64,000 bases of DNA, from the NCBI GenBank assembly GCA_043809085.1, contig JAZDEG010000038.1, positions 5,350 to 69,349 on the forward strand. Direction: 5' to 3'. Position numbers and translations under genes: made by a program. The notes under the pieces were generated by a model. It worked only from the letters and a program-made list of their open reading frames with translations, made no database searches and was not told the DNA's origin. This DNA comes from Pseudomonadota bacterium. GTDB lineage: Bacteria > Desulfobacterota > Desulfobulbia > Desulfobulbales > SURF-16. Positions 1 through 11,005 of the stretch are shown one piece after another; position 1 is the first letter of the stretch; each line of letters opens with the position of its first letter.

Positions 1-168
1 CGTTCCGTGCAGAAAGAAGTCAAACCAGTCCAGCGGACGAACCAGTTGTCCTTTGAAGAGCATCTGCAGTTTTTCCCAGATGTGGGGAGGGTTAAAGGGC
101 GCGAGGCCAAGAGTCAGGCAAGCGATGATCAGCACTCCCCAGGGGATGGCGGCAAAAAGTTTTTCCAT
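1..168 (-). CDS. Small conserved membrane protein (partial, runs off window start)
   Basis: Manual translation from ATG at 168: MEKLFAAIPWGVLIIACLTLGLAPFNPPHIWEKLQMLFKGQLVRPLDWFDFFLHGT...; the LGLAPF-P-PH-EKL-ML pattern resembles a small membrane protein family often labelled 'RND transporter'. Confidence 0.6.
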   Translation of the reverse strand, partial: MEKLFAAIPWGVLIIACLTLGLAPFNPPHIWEKLQMLFKGQLVRPLDWFDFFLHGT

Positions 169-329
169 GGCGTCGGCAGATTGTCTCTATGTGTTTTAAT
201 CGGTTGAAGGGGCTATTGATTTACTACTATGATAAAAAATGAGGAAAAAGTCGACCGTTTTGCAGAGAATGAGGATATTGTTTCCTGGAGACTGGAAATC
301 CATCCCTTATTCATTTTTTGAGAACGAAT

Positions 330-1508
330 ATGTCATTTTTTTTCTGGCTTGCAGCCGTCACACTTGCGGCAATGGTATTTTTCGGGATTGAGGGCATTTT
401 AGGCGCAAGGCGTATCCGCCATCTTGATGATGTTACGCCTTTGGAGCATGAAGTCCTTCCCTCTGTCTCGCTCATTATTCCCGCTCTCAACGAAGAGGAG
501 AAAATAGAGGAAGCCCTGTTGTCGGTTTTATCCCTTGACTATGCCCGACTTGAAATAATCGCCATCAATGACCGGTCAACCGACAGCACCGGCAGCATTC
601 TTGAGGAAATGCACCGCCGTCATCCACGCCTGAAAGTGATGCATATTGACAAGCTTCCCCCGGACTGGCTCGGCAAGAATCATGCGCTGCATTGCGGCGC
701 ACAGCTGGCCACGGGTGAATTTCTGCTTTTCACCGATGCCGATGTGGTAATGGAGCGAACAACCTTAAAGAGGGCCGTCTCCGCAATGATTGCCGGAAAT
801 CTTGATCATCTGACCCTTTTTTTCAAAGCTGTGTTGCCTGCAAGCCTCTTGCGCATGGTGGTGATCGAATTCGGAGTCAGCCTGGTGGGGCTTTTGCGGC
901 CCTGGAAAGTCAGCGATCCCGACTCACCGCGATTTATCGGCATAGGGGCTTTTAATCTGGTAAAAGCGACAAAATATCGCGAGTGTGGCGGACATGAACC
1001 GATCAGGTTGTGTCCCCTCGATGATATCATGCTGGGAAAGCTGTTGAAAATCCACGGCTCCCGACAGGAATGTCTCTACGGTTATCATCATATTCGGGTC
1101 AAGTGGTACGGCTCCATCCGGGAAATGACCGCCGGACTCACGAAAAACACCTTTGCCGCATTAGACTACAGCGTCCTCAGGCTTTGCGTTTTGACCCTTG
1201 CGCAACTCGCAGTCAATGTCTGGCCGTTCTGGGCTCTCTTGTTGACAAGCGGTCCGGATCGATTGGTGAATGGTGTAATCGTTCTGTTACAGGGGATTTT
1301 TTTTGTTGTTGCTGCAAGGTATAGCGATATGGAGGCAAGAGATGTATTCTGGTTTCCGGTCACGCCCTATATCCGGCTTTACATGACATGGAAGGCGGTA
1401 CTTGCCGTCATCATCAAAGGCGGCATTACCTGGCGGGGTACTTTTTATCCTCTCGATAAATTGAAGGCGGGACGGTTGCGACAAAGGAGACAATCCAAAT
1501 GTTTCTGA
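330..1508 (+). CDS. Family 2 glycosyltransferase with C-terminal TM segments (HpnB/CrtQ-like)
   Basis: IIPALNEE, INDRSTD, WLGKNHAL, FTDAD (DxD), DDIMLG and C-terminal ITWRG motifs; ATG at 330. Confidence 0.85.
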   Translation: MSFFFWLAAVTLAAMVFFGIEGILGARRIRHLDDVTPLEHEVLPSVSLIIPALNEEEKIEEALLSVLSLDYARLEIIAINDRSTDSTGSILEEMHRRHPRLKVMHIDKLPPDWLGKNHALHCGAQLATGEFLLFTDADVVMERTTLKRAVSAMIAGNLDHLTLFFKAVLPASLLRMVVIEFGVSLVGLLRPWKVSDPDSPRFIGIGAFNLVKATKYRECGGHEPIRLCPLDDIMLGKLLKIHGSRQECLYGYHHIRVKWYGSIREMTAGLTKNTFAALDYSVLRLCVLTLAQLAVNVWPFWALLLTSGPDRLVNGVIVLLQGIFFVVAARYSDMEARDVFWFPVTPYIRLYMTWKAVLAVIIKGGITWRGTFYPLDKLKAGRLRQRRQSKCF

Positions 1509-1699
1509 TCTTAACAGGCCTGTTTGGCTTCATGGAATTCGCACACAGTTGCCGGTGTAATGAGTGTATCCTGTCTTGCTTTTTTTGAAAAAGCGCTCTT
1601 TACTCCGGGGAACAGGATGTGGTAATTCCGATTTTTAACCGCATCACAATCCTGATACAGGAAGTGTTGTTTGGGTCGCATTTTATCTGGAGGTAAATT

Positions 1700-2236
1700 A
1701 TGGGAAAAAACCGTTTGCAGAGAAATTCCATCGCAGCTCTTGTCATTGCAGGCATAGTTGCAACTTCCGGACCTGCTTTAGCCGACAAACCATCATGGGC
1801 CGGCGGTAAAAAGTCCGAGAAACATGAGCGAAAAGAAAAACATGACCGGCATGAAGAGTACGAACACGGTCGTGAAGACCGAAGTGAGTATGATGGAAGA
1901 GGCATGAGACCGGGAATCAATGTTTATTTTGGCGACCAACACCGGAATGCTGTCCGGGAATATTATCACGAGCAGTATCGCTCCGGACACTGCCCCCCGG
2001 GACTTGCCAAGAAGAAAAACGGCTGTATGCCTCCGGGTCAGGCGAGAAAGTGGGCAATGGGACGACCTCTGCCCCGGGAGGTCATCTATTATGATGTGTC
2101 GCCTGAGATTCTCGTGCGATTGGGACCACCTCCGGAGCATCATCGTTTTGTCCGGGTGGCGGGCGATATCCTCATGATCGCGGTGGGAACCGGTATGGTT
2201 GTCGACGCGATTCAGGATTTGGGTGAAATCAGGTAG
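1700..2236 (+). CDS. Secreted RcnB-like protein
   Basis: Signal peptide, His/Glu/Lys-rich segment, CPPGLAKK..GCMPPGQA and LGPPP..RFVRVAGDILM motifs; GGAGG SD upstream. Confidence 0.7.
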   Translation: MGKNRLQRNSIAALVIAGIVATSGPALADKPSWAGGKKSEKHERKEKHDRHEEYEHGREDRSEYDGRGMRPGINVYFGDQHRNAVREYYHEQYRSGHCPPGLAKKKNGCMPPGQARKWAMGRPLPREVIYYDVSPEILVRLGPPPEHHRFVRVAGDILMIAVGTGMVVDAIQDLGEIR

Positions 2237-2978
2237 CTGATGCAGCAGACATTGCCTGGCGAGGAAAATTGATTTCCGCGTCTGAAGCTCGTACATAAAG
2301 CGGTGTGCAGCCGGCCGGATCGAGAAAGTCCTTGTTTCGCCGGCTTTCCAGGGCAAGAAAGCCGATGTTCGACGCCCTGGCGAAATAAATTTGTTCCGGA
2401 GCCAGAATGGCATTGTCGCCTAGTTCATTTTTAAAGAGCTCTCCGTAGATGGCTGCTCCGTCACCGGTGAAAATGGCGGGCTCGTTGATTTTTGCGCACA
2501 ATTTTTCCGGAGAAATAACAAGATAGTTGCCCTGACGCACCATGGAACCATTTCCGTCAGGACGGTAGCAGGCGGTATAAACTTCCTTTTTGCGGGCATC
2601 AAAAACAGGGAAGACCGGCACGGATGCGAAGCTGAATTGGCTCGCCAGACCATCAAGGGAAGATATGCCGATAAGCGGGATGGAAGTTGCCATGGCAAGT
2701 CCTTTGACCGTGCTGAGGCCGATCCGCAGACCGGTGAAACTTCCCGGTCCGAGGCTGACGGCTATGGCGTCGATCTCATCCCAGCCCACCCGGCATTCCT
2801 CCATGACCCGTTCAATGGAGGAGAGAAGTCTTTTGGAATGGGTCAGCCGGGAAAAGAGGCTCTGTTCGGCAAGGCAGTTGCTCCCGCTCACCAGCGCCAC
2901 ACTGCCGCACATGCCTGAGTTCTCAATTGCCAGGATGAGTGGTGGTAGATGTGTCAAATCTTTTGCTTGAGGGGCCAT
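2229..2978 (-). CDS. tsaB: tRNA threonylcarbamoyladenosine biosynthesis protein TsaB
   Basis: GPGSFTGLRIG, DARKKEVY and PLYVR motifs. Confidence 0.95.
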   Translation of the reverse strand: MAPQAKDLTHLPPLILAIENSGMCGSVALVSGSNCLAEQSLFSRLTHSKRLLSSIERVMEECRVGWDEIDAIAVSLGPGSFTGLRIGLSTVKGLAMATSIPLIGISSLDGLASQFSFASVPVFPVFDARKKEVYTACYRPDGNGSMVRQGNYLVISPEKLCAKINEPAIFTGDGAAIYGELFKNELGDNAILAPEQIYFARASNIGFLALESRRNKDFLDPAGCTPLYVRASDAEINFPRQAMSAASAT

Positions 2979-2984
2979 GATTTA

Positions 2985-4061
2985 TCAGCCCTTGGTGAAG
3001 ATGCGGACAATATCATTGTAAAAGACAAAGATCATCAGGCTGCCGAGCAGCAGCAGGCCGACCTGTTGCAATTTCTCCAGGGTCTGCTGCTCCAGGGGTT
3101 TACGCCTGATTGCCTCGAGGGTATAGAGAACCAGATGCCCGCCGTCGAGGATCGGGATGGGGAAGAGGTTCAGGATGCCGAGATTGACACTGAGGAGCCC
3201 GATGAAATAGGCCAGATTGATCCAGCCCGCCTCCATCTGCTGACCGGCCATCTGGGCAATGAGAATCGGGCCGCCAAGCTCGGAGGCAGGCACCACCCGC
3301 TGGATGATTTTGACGATTCCCACCACGGTGAGATAGATAAAGTTCCAGGTCTGAGTCAATCCGGCAACAAAGGCATCGGTAAGGGATGCCTTTTCATAGA
3401 TCACTTCACTGCTGCGTGAGATGCCGAGCATGAACCGTTCTTCCACTGCCTCGCCGAAGAGGTTTTTCACCTCCTGTTTTTCCGGCGTTCCCATCATGAC
3501 AAGTTCTTCACCTTCCCGGATGATGGCGAGCGTCAGTTCTTTCCCGGCGGAGTCTCGGACCAGGCGGGACACGTCGTTCCAGTCATTTGTTTTCTCGCCA
3601 TTGATGCTGAGAATAATATCCCCTGCCTTGAGGCCGGCCGTTTCAGCCGGAGAATGCTGGGTAATGGCGCCGATTTCCGTGCCTGATTTGGGAACAGGAA
3701 GCCCGGCAACGGCGAAGATGGAAAAAAAGACGACCACCGCAAAAAGCAGATTAAAGGCCGGGCCGGCCAGGACGATGAGAAATCGTTTCCAGATGGATTT
3801 GTGGGCAAATGAATAAGGCTGTTCCTCGTCCTGAACCTGATCCTCCCTGTTTTCACCGGTCATTTTCACATAACCGCCGAGGGGAAAGGCGCTGATCAGG
3901 TATTCGGTGTCGCCGTATTGTTTACCGTAAACCTTGGGGCCGAAACCAAGTGAGAACTTCAATACCCGCACTCCGAAAAGTTTGGCAAAAAGAAAATGTC
4001 CCAATTCGTGGACAAAAATAAGCAATCCGAGAACAATAATAAAGGATAAGACAGAGTTCAT
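2985..4061 (-). CDS. rseP: RIP metalloprotease RseP
   Basis: HELGH, PDZ segment, [11 protein letters not shown]; downstream of dxr. Confidence 0.95.
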   Translation of the reverse strand: MNSVLSFIIVLGLLIFVHELGHFLFAKLFGVRVLKFSLGFGPKVYGKQYGDTEYLISAFPLGGYVKMTGENREDQVQDEEQPYSFAHKSIWKRFLIVLAGPAFNLLFAVVVFFSIFAVAGLPVPKSGTEIGAITQHSPAETAGLKAGDIILSINGEKTNDWNDVSRLVRDSAGKELTLAIIREGEELVMMGTPEKQEVKNLFGEAVEERFMLGISRSSEVIYEKASLTDAFVAGLTQTWNFIYLTVVGIVKIIQRVVPASELGGPILIAQMAGQQMEAGWINLAYFIGLLSVNLGILNLFPIPILDGGHLVLYTLEAIRRKPLEQQTLEKLQQVGLLLLGSLMIFVFYNDIVRIFTKG

Positions 4062-5293
4062 GATTTCATGGCCAACCCCGGAGGCAGATCAGGGCACTCG
4101 ATCTGCCGGCCGGTTTTTTGTTTGAATTTGATGGAGAGCGCTTCCACAATGGACTCTGCCTGCATTCTGGCGGACAGATCGGCATCAAGCACTGTTTCTA
4201 TGTCTTTGATGTCTTTCCGGTCCAAACGGTTCAAAGTTTCTGCTACAACGAGAGAAATTTCCGGAAAGCGGATTTTCTTGGCAAGGAACGATGCCACCGC
4301 CACTTCGTTGGCGGCATTCAGGATGGCCGGTTTTGTGCCTCCGAGTTTGCAGGCATGATAGGCAAGTTTTAGAGCCGGGAATGTATTGAAATCGGGCGGG
4401 AAAAAATTAAGGTCCATGCACTTGGTGAGATTGAGGCGGGACAGACCTGTTTTTAACCGTTCCGGCCAGGAAAGAGCATAGGTTATCGGAATCCGCATAT
4501 CGGGAATGCCCATCTGGGCGATAACCGAACCGTCGATGTATTCAACCAGGGAGTGGACAATGCTCTGGGGATGAACCAGAACCTCAATGTTCTCCACCTC
4601 GATATCAAAAAGCCAGCGGGCTTCGATCACTTCCAGTCCCTTGTTCATCAGGGTGGCTGAGTCGATTGATATTTTATTGCCCATGTCCCAGTTGGGATGA
4701 TTCAACGCCTCTTCCGGGGTGACGTCCCACAGGTCTCGTTCGTTCTTCTGTCGGAAAGGGCCGCCGGAGGCGGTAAGGATGATTTTATGCACATCTTCCC
4801 TGCGTCCGGCGGTAAGTGCCTGGAAAATTGCGTTGTGCTCACTGTCGATGGGCAGCAGGGTCACCTTGTGACGCCTGGCTTCTTCCATCACCAGGCCGCC
4901 TGCCATGACAAGGGTTTCCTTGTTGGCCAGGGCGATATTCTTTCCGGCCCGGATTGCCGCAAGAGTCGGCATAAGCCCGGCTGCGCCGACAATGGCGGAA
5001 ACCACTGTGTCGGCATTGGAAATAGTGGCAACCCGTTCATTTCCCTCCCGGCCGAAGAATATTTTTTCACTCCACCCGGAGGGAAGGATGGAAGCTAGTT
5101 CGCGGGCGTACTGGAGATTTTCCACGGAAACAACAGAGGGGTTGAAAGCTTCTATCTGATCGCGCAGCAGCTTGATATTCCGTCCTGCGGCAAGGGAAAC
5201 AATACGGAAGCGGCCGGGGAACTGGCGCACCACGTTTAAGACGTTTCGGCCGATGGAGCCTGTGGAGCCTAGGAGAGCGATGTTTTTTTGCAT
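4058..5293 (-). CDS. dxr: 1-deoxy-D-xylulose-5-phosphate reductoisomerase
   Basis: [38 protein letters not shown]. Confidence 0.97.
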   Translation of the reverse strand: MQKNIALLGSTGSIGRNVLNVVRQFPGRFRIVSLAAGRNIKLLRDQIEAFNPSVVSVENLQYARELASILPSGWSEKIFFGREGNERVATISNADTVVSAIVGAAGLMPTLAAIRAGKNIALANKETLVMAGGLVMEEARRHKVTLLPIDSEHNAIFQALTAGRREDVHKIILTASGGPFRQKNERDLWDVTPEEALNHPNWDMGNKISIDSATLMNKGLEVIEARWLFDIEVENIEVLVHPQSIVHSLVEYIDGSVIAQMGIPDMRIPITYALSWPERLKTGLSRLNLTKCMDLNFFPPDFNTFPALKLAYHACKLGGTKPAILNAANEVAVASFLAKKIRFPEISLVVAETLNRLDRKDIKDIETVLDADLSARMQAESIVEALSIKFKQKTGRQIECPDLPPGLAMKS

Positions 5294-5299
5294 GGCTGC

Positions 5300-6097
5300 T
5301 TATCCGAAAAAATTGTAGGTGACCAGATAATAAAGAACCGGCGCGGTCAGCAGCAGAGAATCCGCTCGGTCCAGTATCCCGCCGTGGCCAGGCAGTATGG
5401 AGCCGGAATCCTTCACTCCCATGCTTCGTTTCAGAAGAGATTCAACCAGATCCCCCAGGACACCGATGGCGGTCAACACCATGGCTGCGGAGATGAAGCG
5501 GAAAATATCCACCCTGTCAAAAAGAACCAGGGCGACGAGAAAAGAAAAAATGGTTCCGCAAAACATGCCGCCGATAAATCCCTCAACTGTTTTTCCCGGA
5601 CTGATGGATGGACAGAGCTTGTGTTTTCCCAGGGATTTTCCGGTGAAATAAGCGCCTGTGTCCGAGGCTGCAGTGATGGTTGTCAGATAAAGCAGCCACT
5701 TTGCCCCGTCAGGGGTGGCCATGAGGAGAATAATCAGGGCGGGAAACAGCCCGACATATGTGGCGCCGAAAACGGACTTCAGAAGAAAATCAAAAGGGGA
5801 GGACAGTCGCGACGCCATAAAAACGGTGAGACAGGCCAGTAAAAGCAGGGAACCGGTATAGGCGGCAAAAACAATCTCCGCATTTTGAAACCATCCGGCC
5901 AGGACGGGCGGGAACACAAGAAGCAGGAGGAGAGGGCGAAGAGAATATTCTTCGTTTCGCAGGCAGATGGTGTAAAATTCATAGGCGGCGATGAGGCAGA
6001 TAACGGTAATCGTCAGCCAGAAAAGAGGGAATGACCGGCTGTAGAGCAGGGCAAGCCAACCGGAAGCGGCAAGCAACCCTGTGATGATTCGTTTCAT
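5300..6097 (-). CDS. cdsA: Phosphatidate cytidylyltransferase
   Basis: SPGKTVEG and KDSGSILPGHGGILDR motifs; start at MKRIITG. Confidence 0.95.
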   Translation of the reverse strand: MKRIITGLLAASGWLALLYSRSFPLFWLTITVICLIAAYEFYTICLRNEEYSLRPLLLLLVFPPVLAGWFQNAEIVFAAYTGSLLLLACLTVFMASRLSSPFDFLLKSVFGATYVGLFPALIILLMATPDGAKWLLYLTTITAASDTGAYFTGKSLGKHKLCPSISPGKTVEGFIGGMFCGTIFSFLVALVLFDRVDIFRFISAAMVLTAIGVLGDLVESLLKRSMGVKDSGSILPGHGGILDRADSLLLTAPVLYYLVTYNFFG

Positions 6098-6208
6098 AGC
6101 AGTGTCGAGTTGTCGGAGAAATTGTGATGAGCACCGGGGGTAGCCTTCAAACGCCACACACCAGCCGGATTAACCTTTGATTTCTAATATCGATCTATTC
6201 GGTGCTTT

Positions 6209-6952
6209 TCAATTTTTTACCTGGTCCCCTGTTTTGCCGAAGCGTCTCTGGCGCTGCTGAAAAACGGCAATGGCTGCGGTAAAATGATCTTTTGAAAAGT
6301 CCGGCCACTGGGTCTCTGTAAAATAAAGCTCTGCATAGGACGACTGCCAGAGAAGAAAATTGCTCAATCGGAATTCACCGCCGGTACGTATGACAAGGTC
6401 TGGGTCCGGCAATCCGGCGGAATAGAGATGAGCGGCCAAATGTTCTTCCATGAGATCGTCGGGATTCATCGTGCCGTCAACGCAGAGACGGGCCATTTCT
6501 CTTGCCGCTCTGATAATTTCTTCCCTGCCTCCGTAGCTCAAGGCAAGATTCAGAATGAGTCCGGTGTTGCCGGCCGTTTTGGCAATTGATTGGTCGAGAG
6601 TCTGCTGCACCTCGCTGGGCAGGCTCTCCTTGTTTCCTATGCAGCGCAGGGAAACATCATTCTGCAGCATGGAGGAGAGCTCACTTTCCAGGTAGGATTT
6701 CAGAAGGGCCATGAGGCCGGTGACTTCTTGTGGCGGCCTTTTCCAGTTTTCCGAGGAAAAGGCATAAAGGGTAAGGACCCGGATACCCAGTTCCCTGGCG
6801 GCCTTGACGATTTCCTGGACGGTTCGAACGCCGGCTTTATGGCCGATCAGGCGCATGAGACCACGGCTCTGTGCCCAGCGACCGTTGCCGTCCATAATGA
6901 TTGCGATATGGACGGGAAGATTGTCTTTGTCCAGTTCCAAGACGTTTGACAC
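6209..6952 (-). CDS. uppS: Undecaprenyl diphosphate synthase (isoprenyl transferase)
   Basis: HIAIIMDGNGRWA, FSSENWKRP, RTGGEFRLSNFLLWQ. Confidence 0.97.
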   Translation of the reverse strand: MSNVLELDKDNLPVHIAIIMDGNGRWAQSRGLMRLIGHKAGVRTVQEIVKAARELGIRVLTLYAFSSENWKRPPQEVTGLMALLKSYLESELSSMLQNDVSLRCIGNKESLPSEVQQTLDQSIAKTAGNTGLILNLALSYGGREEIIRAAREMARLCVDGTMNPDDLMEEHLAAHLYSAGLPDPDLVIRTGGEFRLSNFLLWQSSYAELYFTETQWPDFSKDHFTAAIAVFQQRQRRFGKTGDQVKN

Positions 6953-6962
6953 TGGCAGGCTG

Positions 6963-7517
6963 TTAAACCTCCATGACCTCTTTTTCTTTTTCTACCAGAA
7001 TCTCGTCGATTTTCTTGATAAAGGTGTCTGTTTCCTTTTGCGCTTCATCCTGATATTTGAAAAGATCGTCTTCGGAAATGTCTTTGTCCTTCTTCTGCTT
7101 CTTGAGGACATCAAGGGCATCTCTGCGGCAGTTCCGGATAGCGACGCGATACTCTTCACCTATCTTCTTCGCCTGCTTAACCATTTCCTTGCGTCGCTCT
7201 TCAGTAAGCTGCGGAATGGAGATCCGGATCAGCTTGCCGTCATTGGCCGGGGTGAGGCCGATATTGGCGGCAAGGATCGCTTTCTCGATTGCGCCAAGCA
7301 CTTGTGGATCCCATGGCTGGATCACGATCATTCTGCTTTCCGGAATGGTCATGGTGGCAACCTGGTTGAGGGGAAGTTTTGATCCATAGGAGTCAACCCT
7401 GATACCTTCCACCAGTGAAAGCGAGGCGCGTCCGGTCCGCACGGTGCTCAGTTCACGGCGATAGGCGTCCAGGCTTTTTTCCATTTTGTCATTCATTTCC
7501 AACAGGACTTCACTCAT
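6963..7517 (-). CDS. frr: Ribosome recycling factor
   Basis: RTGRAS, PQLTEERRKE, RNCRRDA. Confidence 0.97.
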   Translation of the reverse strand: MSEVLLEMNDKMEKSLDAYRRELSTVRTGRASLSLVEGIRVDSYGSKLPLNQVATMTIPESRMIVIQPWDPQVLGAIEKAILAANIGLTPANDGKLIRISIPQLTEERRKEMVKQAKKIGEEYRVAIRNCRRDALDVLKKQKKDKDISEDDLFKYQDEAQKETDTFIKKIDEILVEKEKEVMEV

Positions 7518-8238
7518 TGTCAACTCCAGTGATTAAAGTTCCGATTTTTTTCCCGCAGATGGCTTTTTTTATGTTGCCGGGAACATTCATGTCAAGTACG
7601 AGAATGGTTTTGTTGTTGTCCATGGCCAGGGAAATCGCTGCCGAATCCATCACTTTAAGACGCCGTTTGAGGACTTCACCGTAGTTCAAGACATCAAATT
7701 TCACAGCGTCTGAGTGCTTTAGCGGGTCTTTGTCATAAACACCGGCAACGCGTGTGGCCTTGCATATGACGTCGGCGTTAATTTCCAGCCCGCGCAGCAC
7801 CGCCGCTGTATCGGTGGTGAAATAGGGATTGCCGGTGCCGGCGGCAAAAATCACGACATTCCCCGACTCCAGGTGCTGGAGGGAGCGGCGTCTGGAGTAT
7901 GGTTCACAGACGGTTTCCATGGGAATGGCGGACAAAACCTTGGACCGCACTCCTGCTTTTTCAAGAGAGTCGGCGATAGCAAGCGCATTCATCACGGTGG
8001 CCAACATCCCCATATTGTCTGCGGCAGCCCGGTCCATACCCGCGGAAGCACCGGCAACACCCCGAAAGATGTTGCCGGCTCCGATAACAATGGCGATTTC
8101 GACACCGAGGGCGCGAAGCCCCTTGATTTCATCGGCTACATAGTCAAGAATATCGTTGCTGATGCCGAAAGCGGCGTCGCCCATGAGGGCTTCACCGCTT
8201 AACTTCAGCAGGACACGTCTGTATTTGTATGTTTCCAC
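7510..8238 (-). CDS. pyrH: Uridylate kinase
   Basis: LLKLSGEAL, GNIFRG, GNPYFTTDTAA. Confidence 0.97.
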   Translation of the reverse strand: METYKYRRVLLKLSGEALMGDAAFGISNDILDYVADEIKGLRALGVEIAIVIGAGNIFRGVAGASAGMDRAAADNMGMLATVMNALAIADSLEKAGVRSKVLSAIPMETVCEPYSRRRSLQHLESGNVVIFAAGTGNPYFTTDTAAVLRGLEINADVICKATRVAGVYDKDPLKHSDAVKFDVLNYGEVLKRRLKVMDSAAISLAMDNNKTILVLDMNVPGNIKKAICGKKIGTLITGVDNE

Positions 8239-8253
8239 GGCTGGAAAGGCCCC

Positions 8254-8853
8254 TTAGACTGATGTGCCCACCTGAAAACGGGCAAATCGTTTGATGGCGA
8301 TGTTTTCACCAAGTGATGCGACAATTTCGTTCAGCAGATCCTGAATAGTCAGGTCGGGATTTTTGACATATTGCTGCTCAAGCAGGCAGATTTCCGCATA
8401 GAATTTATCAATCTTGCCGGCGACGATCTTCTCGACGATATTGGCAGGTTTGCCGGAATCAAGAGCCTGATTGACGTATATCTCTTTTTCCCTGGCAAGC
8501 AGCGATTCGGGGACATCTTCCCTTTTAATCGCAACAGGATTGGCTGCAGCAATGTGCATGGCCAGGTTTTTGGCAAATTCGATAAAGGAATCGGTTTTGG
8601 CGACAAAGTCGGTTTCGCAACCAACTTCAATCATGACGCCGAGTTTGGCGCCGGCATGGATATATGTTTCAACGACGCCTTCACTGGTGGCGCGCTCCGC
8701 TCTTTTGGCGGCAACCATCAGGCCTTTCTGGCGAAGAAGGTCGACTGATTTTTCCATGTCTCCCTGGGTTTCCACCAGGGCTTTTTTGCAGTCCATCATA
8801 CCCGCGTTGGTTTTATCGCGGAGTTCTTTTACCATTTGACTGGTTATATTCAT
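8254..8853 (-). CDS. tsf: Elongation factor Ts (short form)
   Basis: VKELRDKTNAGMMDCKKAL, CETDFVA. Confidence 0.97.
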   Translation of the reverse strand: MNITSQMVKELRDKTNAGMMDCKKALVETQGDMEKSVDLLRQKGLMVAAKRAERATSEGVVETYIHAGAKLGVMIEVGCETDFVAKTDSFIEFAKNLAMHIAAANPVAIKREDVPESLLAREKEIYVNQALDSGKPANIVEKIVAGKIDKFYAEICLLEQQYVKNPDLTIQDLLNEIVASLGENIAIKRFARFQVGTSV

Positions 8854-8918
8854 TGTCTTGTGTCCTTACTCTTGGTGGAAAAAATACTTTGTAATCGTAA
8901 TAATATGTTTTGCCGCGC

Positions 8919-9698
8919 TTATTCAGCCGCAGCCTCTTCCTCAATCACGGCGCTTGCCCGGGATGCTGCCGCCATGGCCTCGGCGATGGCGTCGTCAGGT
9001 TCGACTTCTTCACCGCGTTTTGCCTTGCCGGCAAGAATCGCGTCAGCAATTTTTGAGGTAATCAGTTTGATGGAGCGGATAGCGTCATCGTTGCCCGGGA
9101 TAAGATAATCAAGTCCATCGGGGTCACAGTTGGTGTCGGCAATGGCGATTACCGGAATACCGAGACGGTTTGCCTCGTCAATGGCAATATCTTCCCTTTT
9201 CGGATCGACAACAAAGATCGCCGTGGGAAGTCCCTTCATGTTTTTGATGCCGCCAAGGTTGCGCTCAAGTTTGATCAGCTCTTTTTCCATTCCCAGCGCC
9301 TCTTTTTTCTTGTAGCGGCTGATGCTGCCGTCTTCGATCATGGACTGGATCGATTTGAGGCGGTCGATGGATTTTTTGATGGTCTGGAAATTGGTCAGCA
9401 TACCGCCGAGCCAGCGGTGGTTGATATAGTACATGCCTGCACGGAGCGCCTCTTCCTTGACGATGTCCTGGGCCTGACGTTTGGTGCCGACAAAAAGAAC
9501 GGAACCGCCCCGGGCAACGTTACCCATGACATATTCATAGGCCTTGTTGAACAACGGAAGGGTTTTGTCCAGGTTGATGATATAGATTTTGTTGCGGGCG
9601 CCGAAGATATAGGGTTTCATTTTCGGATTCCAGCGGCGGGTCTGGTGGCCGAAGTGAAGACCGGCAACCAGCATTTCTTTCATTGTAATGTAAGCCAT
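8919..9698 (-). CDS. rpsB: 30S ribosomal protein S2
   Basis: [35 protein letters not shown]; start MAYITMK with AGGAG SD. Confidence 0.97.
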   Translation of the reverse strand: MAYITMKEMLVAGLHFGHQTRRWNPKMKPYIFGARNKIYIINLDKTLPLFNKAYEYVMGNVARGGSVLFVGTKRQAQDIVKEEALRAGMYYINHRWLGGMLTNFQTIKKSIDRLKSIQSMIEDGSISRYKKKEALGMEKELIKLERNLGGIKNMKGLPTAIFVVDPKREDIAIDEANRLGIPVIAIADTNCDPDGLDYLIPGNDDAIRSIKLITSKIADAILAGKAKRGEEVEPDDAIAEAMAAASRASAVIEEEAAAE

Positions 9699-9716
9699 GA
9701 TAAATCTCCTGTTTTT

Positions 9717-9791
9717 TGGTTGTTCGTCCATCCCATTTCCCCAACCCGTGAAGTCGGGCACCAGAGGGGTTTCTCAGGGATGTGTGATGTG
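9717..9791 (-). promoter_or_regulatory. Putative rpsB (S2) autoregulatory 5' leader
   Basis: Minus strand reads CACACATCCC...GGTGCCCG...CGGG...GGGATGG...AACC with a CATCCC/GGGATG pairing, similar in layout to known S2 leaders; a TTGCAA-17-TAAAAG promoter candidate lies just upstream (about 9803-9831). Confidence 0.55.
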
Positions 9792-9859
9792 AAAATCCAA
9801 TCCTTTTACCACTCCATGACTCTTTTTGCAAGGGCTTGACTCCTTGTCGGATAAAAAAC

Positions 9860-9888
9860 TTGACAGTCCCGTGGAAAATAAGCAAAAT
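9860..9888 (+). promoter_or_regulatory. Putative sigma70 promoter for waaF-gmhB
   Basis: TTGACA-17 bp-CAAAAT, divergent from rpsB. Confidence 0.45.
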
Positions 9889-9967
9889 TACCGATTCACT
9901 TACCCGAAGTTCGAGCACGAGCTTTTTTCTCCCATTCCGGCGCTGTTGCCGGCGAAAATGACATTTG

Positions 9968-11005
9968 ATGAAAATTTCCCTTAAAGATCTGCGTCCTGAA
10001 AAGATTCTGGTTCGTTCCACCAACTGGATCGGTGATGCCATCATGACAACACCGGCGGTGCGGACCATCAGGGAGAATTTTCCCGAAGCCGAGATCACCA
10101 TGCTCGCCCAGCCCTGGATGGCTGATGTGTTTTCCGCCAGCCCCCATGTTGATCACATTTTTTTTTATGAAAAAAAAGGGCAACACAAGGGACTTGGCGG
10201 CATGCTCCGTCTGATCCGTGAATTGCGTGAAAAACGTTTTGACGTGGCGATTCTCCTACAGAATGCCTTTGAGGCCGCTTTGATAACGGCAATGGCCGGT
10301 ATTCCGGTGCGGGCCGGATACCAGCGGGACGGACGCTCTCTGCTCCTGACCCATAGGGTTGCGATTCGTCCTGAGGTGCGCAAAAAGCATCAGGTGTATT
10401 ATTATCAGGCACTGCTGGAAGATCTTGGTCTTGTTTCCGGCAGCAACGAGCTTTTTTTGCGCCTTAAGGAAAAGGATCTGCTTTTTGCCGAAAAGATGAA
10501 AAAGGATATCGGTGCGGAGCTTGTCATCGGAATCAATCCCGGAGCGGCTTACGGGCCTGCCAAGTGCTGGCCGGCGGAGCGGTACGGCCAACTGGCTGCT
10601 TTGCTCAACAAGGAATACGGGGCGAAATTTTTCGTTTTCGGCACCGGGGCGGACAAAGCGACGATTGACACCATCTGTGGATACGGACCGGAATTTATCA
10701 GCGGTCTTGCCGGGCGAACCACCCTGGGGCAGGCCATGGCGCTGATTGGTCTTTGTGACGCCTTTGTCACCAATGATTCCGGGTTGATGCACGTGGGTGC
10801 CGCTACCCGGACCCCACTGGTGGCCATTTTCGGTTCAACCGACGCCGTGGCCACCGGGCCTTTTTCGGACCGGGCGATTGTCGTCCAGAAGGCGCTTGAA
10901 TGCAGCCCGTGCCTGAAGAAAACCTGCAGTTCCGACTTTCGCTGCATGCTGGATATCAGTGTGGATGATGTGGCAATGGAAATGCGAAAATTAGTGGAGA
11001 AATAA
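9968..11005 (+). CDS. waaF: ADP-heptose:LPS heptosyltransferase II (GT9)
   Basis: NWIGDAIM, INPGAAYGPAKCWP, TNDSGLMH. Confidence 0.9.
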   Translation: MKISLKDLRPEKILVRSTNWIGDAIMTTPAVRTIRENFPEAEITMLAQPWMADVFSASPHVDHIFFYEKKGQHKGLGGMLRLIRELREKRFDVAILLQNAFEAALITAMAGIPVRAGYQRDGRSLLLTHRVAIRPEVRKKHQVYYYQALLEDLGLVSGSNELFLRLKEKDLLFAEKMKKDIGAELVIGINPGAAYGPAKCWPAERYGQLAALLNKEYGAKFFVFGTGADKATIDTICGYGPEFISGLAGRTTLGQAMALIGLCDAFVTNDSGLMHVGAATRTPLVAIFGSTDAVATGPFSDRAIVVQKALECSPCLKKTCSSDFRCMLDISVDDVAMEMRKLVEK